From Acidobacteria bacterium RIFCSPLOWO2_02_FULL_67_21 (lineage in GTDB: Bacteria > Acidobacteriota > Vicinamibacteria > Vicinamibacterales > UBA2999): a DNA stretch of 64,000 nucleotides. The stretch covers positions 51,705-115,704 of the forward strand of contig MEKU01000001.1 in the NCBI GenBank assembly GCA_001767195.1, read 5' to 3'. Shown one piece after another: positions 58,522 through 64,000 of this stretch. Positions within the stretch are counted from its first letter, which is position 1. Each line of letters begins with the position of its first letter. The notes under the pieces were generated by a model, which saw only the letters and a list, made by a program, of their open reading frames with translations, did no database searches and was not told the origin of the DNA. Made by a program: the position numbers and the translations under genes.

Positions 58522-59338
58522 CCTGCAGGACCTCCGGGTCCGCTTTCCGGTCTTCGGCGGCATCATTCCGCGGAAGACGTCGGAAGTCCGCGCGGTCGAC
58601 GGCGTCTCGTTGACGCTGCGCCGCGGCGAGACCGTGGGGCTCGTCGGCGAGTCCGGCTGCGGCAAGACCACCGTCGGCCGAGCCATCGTCAACATCCTGC
58701 GCAAGATGACCTATCGGGTGGATATCGAAGGACGGATTGTGTATCACCACCCGAGCGGGGCGGTGGATCTGGCCTCGCTCGGACAGCGGCAGATGCGCCG
58801 GTACCGCCCGGACCTCCAGATGGTCTTCCAGGATCCCTATTCGTCGCTCAATCCACGTATGACGGTGGGCGCGATCGTCGAAGAGCCGCTCAGGATCCAC
58901 ACGCGGCAGACGAAAGCGGAGCGGCGCGACCGCGTACGCTGGCTGCTGGAGAAGGTCCGCCTGTCGCCGGAGCATGCGACGCGGTATCCGCACGAGTTTT
59001 CGGGCGGGCAGCGGCAGCGCATCGGCATTGCCCGCGCTCTTGCCACCAACCCGAAGATTGTGATCGCGGACGAGCCGGTGAGCGCACTGGACGTCTCCAT
59101 TCAGGCGCAGGTCATCAACCTGATGCAGGACCTGCAGGAGGAGTTCGGCCTCTCCTACATCTTCATCTCACACGACCTCTCGGTCGTCCGGCACATTGCA
59201 AACCGGATCTGCGTGATGTACTTCGGCAGGATTGTCGAGGAAGGCCCGGCTGAAGAGATCTACTTGCGGCCGCAGCATCCCTACTCGAAGACGCTGCTCG
59301 CCGCCGTCCCGCGGCCGGATCCGGATCGGAGGCGATAA
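58484..59338 (+). CDS. ABC transporter ATP-binding protein (OppF/DppF-like)
   Basis: Walker [10 protein letters not shown], signature FSGGQRQR, Walker [13 protein letters not shown]. Confidence 0.95.
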   Translation: MTTATDTSDVILDLQDLRVRFPVFGGIIPRKTSEVRAVDGVSLTLRRGETVGLVGESGCGKTTVGRAIVNILRKMTYRVDIEGRIVYHHPSGAVDLASLGQRQMRRYRPDLQMVFQDPYSSLNPRMTVGAIVEEPLRIHTRQTKAERRDRVRWLLEKVRLSPEHATRYPHEFSGGQRQRIGIARALATNPKIVIADEPVSALDVSIQAQVINLMQDLQEEFGLSYIFISHDLSVVRHIANRICVMYFGRIVEEGPAEEIYLRPQHPYSKTLLAAVPRPDPDRRR

Positions 59339-59403
59339 ATGGGGTCGGAGGTCATTCTTGGAGGACGCTTCAACCAAAAATGACCTCCGACCCCATTTAT
59401 CGC
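59332..59403. terminator. perfect 25-bp inverted repeat between convergent genes (putative bidirectional terminator)
   Basis: GCGATAAATGGGGTCGGAGGTCATT (59332-59356) and AATGACCTCCGACCCCATTTATCGC (59379-59403) are exact reverse complements, separated by a 22-nt loop with a further TTGG/CCAA pairing. Both stop codons (TAA 59336-59338 on the plus strand, TAA at 59397-59399 on the minus strand) lie in the stem. Confidence 0.65.
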
Positions 59404-60431
59404 GGCGGGCTGACCCAGAGCGGGCCCGCCTTGGCGCACTCCTCCGCGACCGTCAGGAACCGGCGCACGCTCTCGTTCCCGACGACCCACGGATGCGGCT
59501 GCCCGGCGGCGCGTGCGGCCAGCGCCGACTGCCTCGCCTTGTAGTCGTCGTACGCCGGGTGGTTCGACAGGATCACGTCGGTGGCGAGCGCCTGCGCGAT
59601 CTCGCGCATCTTCCGCGCTGAGGCGGCGTAGCTGTCGTACCACCACCTCGCCGGGCGGCCCGGCTGAATGTAGCGCGGCGACCCGCTCCGCCAGTTGAAG
59701 CTCGTCCCGCCCCAGAGCAGCGCCGTGTGCGTCCTCGGGCCGTCCTTCACCGGAATCAGCGTCGAGATCGTGCCCGCGGTGTGGCCCGGCGTCAGATAGA
59801 GTGTCAGCGTCGTATCCCCCACCACCAGCTTCTGGCCGTCAGTAGCGACGATGTCGCGCCGCGCCTTCGGCCAGCCGCCCGGGTCGGTCGCCAGCAGCTC
59901 CCAGTCTGCCGCGCTCATGACCACACGCGCGCCGAACCTGTTCTGAAGCAGCGCCGCGCCGGCCACATGGTCGCGATGGGCATGGCTGACGATGACGTAG
60001 CGGATGGCTTTCGCGTCGAGCCCAAGCCGGGCGAGACCGTTGACCACGGCCTCTTCCACGGAGTACTCGAACAGCGGATCGATGATGACGATCCCCTGCG
60101 ACGTGGTCACCGCCCATGCGGTGTACTCGGACTGGCCCACGAAGTACAGGTTGTCGAAGACTCTGGCCGGCGGCGCGTACCACCGATCCCGCGGAGGCGC
60201 AGGCGGCGGCCCCTGCGGCGGTGCAGCATTGCCCCGGCCGGCGGCCTCGACGGGCGCGGGCGGCGGCGAGCAGATGTTGTTGAACAGTGCGAGATGGTCC
60301 TGTCCGGCGGCCGCTCGAGCGGCGCTCACGAACGGCGCGACGGCCGCCGGCGGATCAGCGGGCGCCTGCGCAGCCGCAACGCCAATCGCCACAAAGACGG
60401 TCGAGACGCCCAGGACGCACAGACACTTCAT
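59397..60431 (-). CDS. secreted metallo-beta-lactamase-fold hydrolase
   Basis: 344 aa with a signal peptide (MKCLCVLGVSTVFVAIGVAAAQA) and the MBL motif VSHAHRDHVAG plus downstream His/Asp ligand positions. Confidence 0.85.
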   Translation of the reverse strand: MKCLCVLGVSTVFVAIGVAAAQAPADPPAAVAPFVSAARAAAGQDHLALFNNICSPPPAPVEAAGRGNAAPPQGPPPAPPRDRWYAPPARVFDNLYFVGQSEYTAWAVTTSQGIVIIDPLFEYSVEEAVVNGLARLGLDAKAIRYVIVSHAHRDHVAGAALLQNRFGARVVMSAADWELLATDPGGWPKARRDIVATDGQKLVVGDTTLTLYLTPGHTAGTISTLIPVKDGPRTHTALLWGGTSFNWRSGSPRYIQPGRPARWWYDSYAASARKMREIAQALATDVILSNHPAYDDYKARQSALAARAAGQPHPWVVGNESVRRFLTVAEECAKAGPLWVSPPR

Positions 60432-60465
60432 AGACCCTCCGCGGAAAATGGGATCCCGACCCCAA

Positions 60466-61335
60466 TTAATCGCGCCCTTTCATCAGCTCCGCCCGCCACT
60501 GCGCTGCATGATCGAAGACCGAGTCGATGATCTCGGCGCGCTGGAGATCGTTGCGGACGTCCGACAGCCGCTCGATCAGCAGGTCGAGCGCATGCGCGAT
60601 CTCGTCCGCGTTGGTCAGGCAGATATCCCGCCAGACGTCAGCCGGGCTCGAGGCAAGCCGCGTCGTGTCGATCAGGCCCTGCCCTGCCATCCGCAGGCCA
60701 GGGCCGCCCACGGTCGTGCCCACGATCTCCATCAGCGCGGTGACCGCCAGTTGCGGCAGGTGGCTGATGACGGCCATCAGCCGATCGTGCTCCGCCGCCG
60801 GCATGGTCGTCGGGTGCGCGCCGAGCCCGGTCGCAAACGCCGACAGCCGCTCGACAGCCGGCGCCGACGCGGCCGCCGGACCGTCCGGCGTGAAAATCCA
60901 CGGCCGTCGTGCGAAGAGTCCGGCCGTTGCAAACTCGAACCCGCCGCGCGCCCCGCCGCTAAGCGGATGCCCCCCGACGAACGTCACACGGTCACGCAGC
61001 GCGCCCGCGGCCTCCACGATCGACCGCTTGGTGCCGCCCACGTCGGTAATGACGGCCGCCGGTGAGACCAGCGGGGCGGCCTGCCGCAGCAGCGCCACGT
61101 TCTGGCGCACCGGCGCCGCCAGCACGACGAGGTCGGCCCCGGCGATGGCCGCCAGGTCTGTTGCCCCCTCGTCGATGGCCCGCCGCGCCTGCGCTTCGCG
61201 CAGCACCGCCTCGCGGTCGACCGCGACGACATGCGTCGATGGCCACGCCCGGCGGGCCGCAAAGGCGATCGACCCGCCGATCAGGCCGAGGCCGACGACG
61301 GCGATGCGGGGGAAGACGGGAGAGTCGGAGGACAT
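60466..61335 (-). CDS. tyrA: prephenate dehydrogenase
   Basis: The internal ATG at 61335 gives MSSDSPVFPRIAVVGLGLIGGSIAFAARR (NAD Rossmann GxGxxG). The ORF track start at 61368 lies inside the heptamer array. Confidence 0.9.
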   Translation of the reverse strand: MSSDSPVFPRIAVVGLGLIGGSIAFAARRAWPSTHVVAVDREAVLREAQARRAIDEGATDLAAIAGADLVVLAAPVRQNVALLRQAAPLVSPAAVITDVGGTKRSIVEAAGALRDRVTFVGGHPLSGGARGGFEFATAGLFARRPWIFTPDGPAAASAPAVERLSAFATGLGAHPTTMPAAEHDRLMAVISHLPQLAVTALMEIVGTTVGGPGLRMAGQGLIDTTRLASSPADVWRDICLTNADEIAHALDLLIERLSDVRNDLQRAEIIDSVFDHAAQWRAELMKGRD

Positions 61336-61337
61336 GT

Positions 61338-61433
61338 CAAATCCCAAAACCCAAATCCCAAATCCCAAATAGGACGGGACGCGAGATTTGGGATTCGGTC
61401 ATTGGGGTTTGGGATTTGGGATTTGGGATCTGG
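61338..61433. repeat. 7-nt-periodic inverted array (word CAAATCC / GATTTGG)
   Basis: Left arm CAAATCC CAAAACC CAAATCC CAAATCC CAAATAG. Right arm GATTTGG GATTCGG TCATTGG GGTTTGG GATTTGG GATTTGG GATCTGG. It fills the gap between DAHP synthase and tyrA. Confidence 0.9.
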
Positions 61434-61439
61434 AGTTTC

Positions 61440-62486
61440 CTACCTCGCCCACCCGCGCCTGGCGACCGGTTCGAGGCAGATGCTGCGGCCGATCGCCGGC
61501 GCAATGATGCGCAGTTCCGCCATCAGGCGGTCGAACTGTGCGGGAAACATCGACTGGGCGCCGTCGCTCAACGCGTGGTCCGGATCGTTGTGCACTTCGA
61601 TGATCAGGCCGTCCGCGCCCACGGCCACCGCCGCCCTGGCAAGCTGCGCCACCATGTCGCGCCGCCCGGCGCCGTGGCTCGGATCGGCAATGATCGGCAG
61701 GTGGCTCAGCTTCTTCACCACCGGGATCGCCGAGATGTCGAACGTGTTGCGCGTCGCGGTCTCGAACGTGCGGATGCCGCGCTCGCACAGGATCACGTCG
61801 TTGTTGCCGCCGTCCAGAATGTACTCCGCCGACAGCAGCCATTCTTCGATCGTCGCCGAGATGCCGCGCTTGAGCAGGACCGGCTTGCGGGCGTGGCCGA
61901 GCTCGCGCAGCAGCGTGTAGTTCTGCATGTTGCGCGCGCCGACCTGGAAGATGTCGCAGTACTTCGCCACGAGGTCGATCTGGCTGACGTCCATCACCTC
62001 GGAGACAAGCTTCAGGTTGTGCACGTCGGCGGCCCGCCGCAGCATCTGCAGGCCGCTCTCGCCGTGCCCCTGAAAGCTGTACGGCGAGCTCCGCGGCTTG
62101 AAGGCGCCGCCGCGCAGCACCTTGGCGCCGGCCCGCTTCACCGCGGCGGCCGTGGCCTCGCACTGCTCGTCGGTCTCCGCCGAGCACGGGCCCGCCATGA
62201 CGATCACCTCGTCCCCGCCTATCCGCACATCATCGATCGTGACGACGGTGGGTTCGGGCTTGTAGCTGCGGCTCGCCCGCTTGTAGGGCTCGGAAATGCG
62301 GAGCACCTCGTGCACGCCGTCGAGGATCTCGATCATTTCCTTCTCCACCTTGCCGGCCCCGACGACCCCGAGCACCGTCCGCGTGGCACCCGACGATCGG
62401 TGCACGTCCATACCCAGCTCGATGAGGCGCGCGATGACCGCATCGATCTGTCCCTCTGAGGCCCGCTCTTCCATGACAACGACCAT
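61440..62486 (-). CDS. 3-deoxy-7-phosphoheptulonate (DAHP) synthase, type I-beta with N-terminal regulatory (FL/ACT-like) domain
   Basis: The internal ATG at 62486 gives [21 protein letters not shown]..., followed by a KDO8P/DAHP-synthase TIM barrel ([33 protein letters not shown]). Confidence 0.92.
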   Translation of the reverse strand: MVVVMEERASEGQIDAVIARLIELGMDVHRSSGATRTVLGVVGAGKVEKEMIEILDGVHEVLRISEPYKRASRSYKPEPTVVTIDDVRIGGDEVIVMAGPCSAETDEQCEATAAAVKRAGAKVLRGGAFKPRSSPYSFQGHGESGLQMLRRAADVHNLKLVSEVMDVSQIDLVAKYCDIFQVGARNMQNYTLLRELGHARKPVLLKRGISATIEEWLLSAEYILDGGNNDVILCERGIRTFETATRNTFDISAIPVVKKLSHLPIIADPSHGAGRRDMVAQLARAAVAVGADGLIIEVHNDPDHALSDGAQSMFPAQFDRLMAELRIIAPAIGRSICLEPVARRGWAR

Positions 62487-62555
62487 ACTGCTCTCCCTGC
62501 TTATCGCCGGGTCTGCGGCTCGATGACTCACCGCCTCGCCGCAGGACCCGGCCCA

Positions 62556-62858
62556 CTACTCGTTCTCACGCGCGCTGGCGGCGCGCTCGGCGCGCCTCGC
62601 CTCGTCGATGACCCGCTCGAAGATACGGACCACCGCCTCGGCGGTCAGCGGCCCCGCCAGGTCCCGGGCCGCCTTCCTCACGCTGCTCAGCACCTGCGCC
62701 TCGCGCTCGGGCTGGTAGATGGGCAGGCCGGCTTCGTGCTTCAACTTGCCCACTTCCACCGCGCACGCCACCCGGACGTTCAGCAGGCGCACCAGCTGCT
62801 CGTCGATGACGTCGATCCGGCTGCGCAGCTCCTCGATATTCGTCAGGACTTCAGCCAC
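62556..62858 (-). CDS. chorismate mutase (AroQ class)
   Basis: GTG at 62858 gives [40 protein letters not shown]..., the AroQ helical signature. The start overlaps the trpA 3' end by 16 nt. The upstream part of ORF 62556..62957 is a shadow. Confidence 0.82.
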   Translation of the reverse strand: MAEVLTNIEELRSRIDVIDEQLVRLLNVRVACAVEVGKLKHEAGLPIYQPEREAQVLSSVRKAARDLAGPLTAEAVVRIFERVIDEARRAERAASARENE

Positions 62859-63664
62859 CGCACATACTCCTCCACGCGCGTATTGAGATCCGGGGACGCA
62901 CCCGCGTCGGCGATGACGCTCACGAGTGCGCTGCCGACGACGGCGGCGTCCGCCCACCGGCCCACTTCACGTACGTGCTCCGGTGTGGAGATGCCGAACC
63001 CGAGGGCGATGGGCAGGGAGCTGACGGCCCGTACGCGCCGCACCATCTCCTCGGCGCCCTCGGCCAGCGCCTCGCGCGCCCCGGTCACGCCGAGCCGCGA
63101 GATCGCATACAGAAACCCGCTGCCGAGCGCGGCGACCCTGCGCAGGCGGTCGTCGGTCGTCGTCGGACTGAGCAGCAGGATTGTATCAATCTCCCGCGCC
63201 GCGAGCAGGCCGCGGAACTCGGCGGCCTCCTCGATCGGCAGGTCGAGCACCAGCACCCCGTCAACGCCGGCCGCCCGCGCCCGGTCGGCAAACTGCTCCG
63301 CGCCCATCCGGAGAATCGGATTCGCGTAGCTGAACAGGACTATCGGCGCACGAAGGTCCGCGCGTAAGCGCTCGACCAGATCGAGGACTCCCGCCAGGGT
63401 CGTGCCGGCCGCCAGCGCCCGCTCGGTCGCGCGCTGGATCACCGGGCCGTCGGCCAGCGGGTCGGACCAGGGGACGCCGACCTCGAGGACGTCTGCCCCG
63501 CCCCGCTCGAGCGCGCGGAGGATGCCCTCCGTGCGCGCGAGGTCGGGATCGCCGGCGGTGATGTAGGTGACGAGCCCGGAACCATCCGCCTTCGTGGCTC
63601 CGCCGCTTCGGCGAGACAGGTTCGTCTCCCGCAGGCGTGCGAAGGTCTGCTCAAGGCGGCTCAT
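62843..63664 (-). CDS. trpA: tryptophan synthase alpha chain
   Basis: 273 aa with typical blocks: [33 protein letters not shown]. Confidence 0.95.
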   Translation of the reverse strand: MSRLEQTFARLRETNLSRRSGGATKADGSGLVTYITAGDPDLARTEGILRALERGGADVLEVGVPWSDPLADGPVIQRATERALAAGTTLAGVLDLVERLRADLRAPIVLFSYANPILRMGAEQFADRARAAGVDGVLVLDLPIEEAAEFRGLLAAREIDTILLLSPTTTDDRLRRVAALGSGFLYAISRLGVTGAREALAEGAEEMVRRVRAVSSLPIALGFGISTPEHVREVGRWADAAVVGSALVSVIADAGASPDLNTRVEEYVRWLKS

Positions 63665-64000
63665 GACAGTTTCAACGCCTCGATGACGCTCTGCACGTCC
63701 TTGTCGCCGCGGCCCGACAGGTTGACGAGCACGACGCTGCCGGCCGGCAGGTCGGGCGCCATCCTGACCGTGTAAGCCACCGCGTGCGCCGACTCGAGCG
63801 CCGGCAGAATGCCCTCGCGTCGCGCCAGCATCTGGAACCCCTCGAGGGCCTCGGCGTCGGAGATGTGCACGTATTCCGTGCGGCCGAGCTCGCGAAGCCA
63901 GGCATGTTCGGGACCGACGGCGGCGTAGTCGAGGCCGGCCGAGATCGAGTGTGTCAGCTCGATGTTGCCCGCCTCGTCCTGGAGGACGAACGTGCGCGTG
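63661..64000 (-). CDS. trpB: tryptophan synthase beta chain, C-terminal part (5' end outside window)
   Basis: The frame stays open to the window edge. The C-terminal sequence [27 protein letters not shown]...[12 protein letters not shown] is diagnostic. The stop overlaps the trpA start. Confidence 0.93.
   Translation of the reverse strand, partial: TRTFVLQDEAGNIELTHSISAGLDYAAVGPEHAWLRELGRTEYVHISDAEALEGFQMLARREGILPALESAHAVAYTVRMAPDLPAGSVVLVNLSGRGDKDVQSVIEALKLS

Overview
This is a very GC-rich bacterial chromosomal segment. The gene content and repeat types would fit Acidobacteriota-like genomes, but that cannot be proven from this window. Coding density is high and almost everything is housekeeping. 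I see no rRNA, tRNA, CRISPR array, transposase, integrase, prophage or recognisable defence island.

Gene content, in order:
- RND efflux operon (adaptor, pump, TolC-like protein) downstream of a class A PBP
- M28/PDZ peptidase
- Two tandem TerC-family membrane proteins
- Heat-shock string: hspR, a cbpA-like dnaJ, clpB and ftsH, followed by a divergent DAC-fold protein
- ilvB-ilvN-ilvC-ilvD
- Small redox and CoA-binding proteins
- A pseudo-receiver protein start/stop-overlapped (TGATG) with a GT39 (ArnT/PMT-like) glycosyltransferase
- glcD-like oxidase, aminotransferase, coaD, rsmD, recG
- lexA, a DUF3467 protein, nth, a zincin-like peptidase, rsmA, RNase J, ftsK, and an AMIN-domain amidase
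- pepA
- A PKD-like protein, a hypothetical protein and a GT4 glycosyltransferase
- A JAMM protein and an acyl-CoA synthetase
- A Yej/Opp-type ABC importer with two paralogous binding proteins
- A secreted MBL-fold protein
- tyrA, DAHP synthase, chorismate mutase, trpA, trpB

Many adjacent genes overlap at their start and stop codons (ATGA or GTGA). Most long ORFs on the opposite strand look like GC-driven shadow ORFs.

I did not find a convincing novel multi-gene system. The most unusual signal is non-coding. Nearly every real intergenic gap holds a long hairpin-forming element. I see three kinds:
- Arrays with strict 7-nt periodicity arranged as two inverted arms. The heptamer word differs between loci but is the same on both arms of one locus.
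- A REP-like family: a GC hairpin with a tetraloop followed by a YCTACG tail. In two places it has been absorbed into coding sequence.
- A roughly 24-nt tandem hairpin array with a GCGATCGC core.
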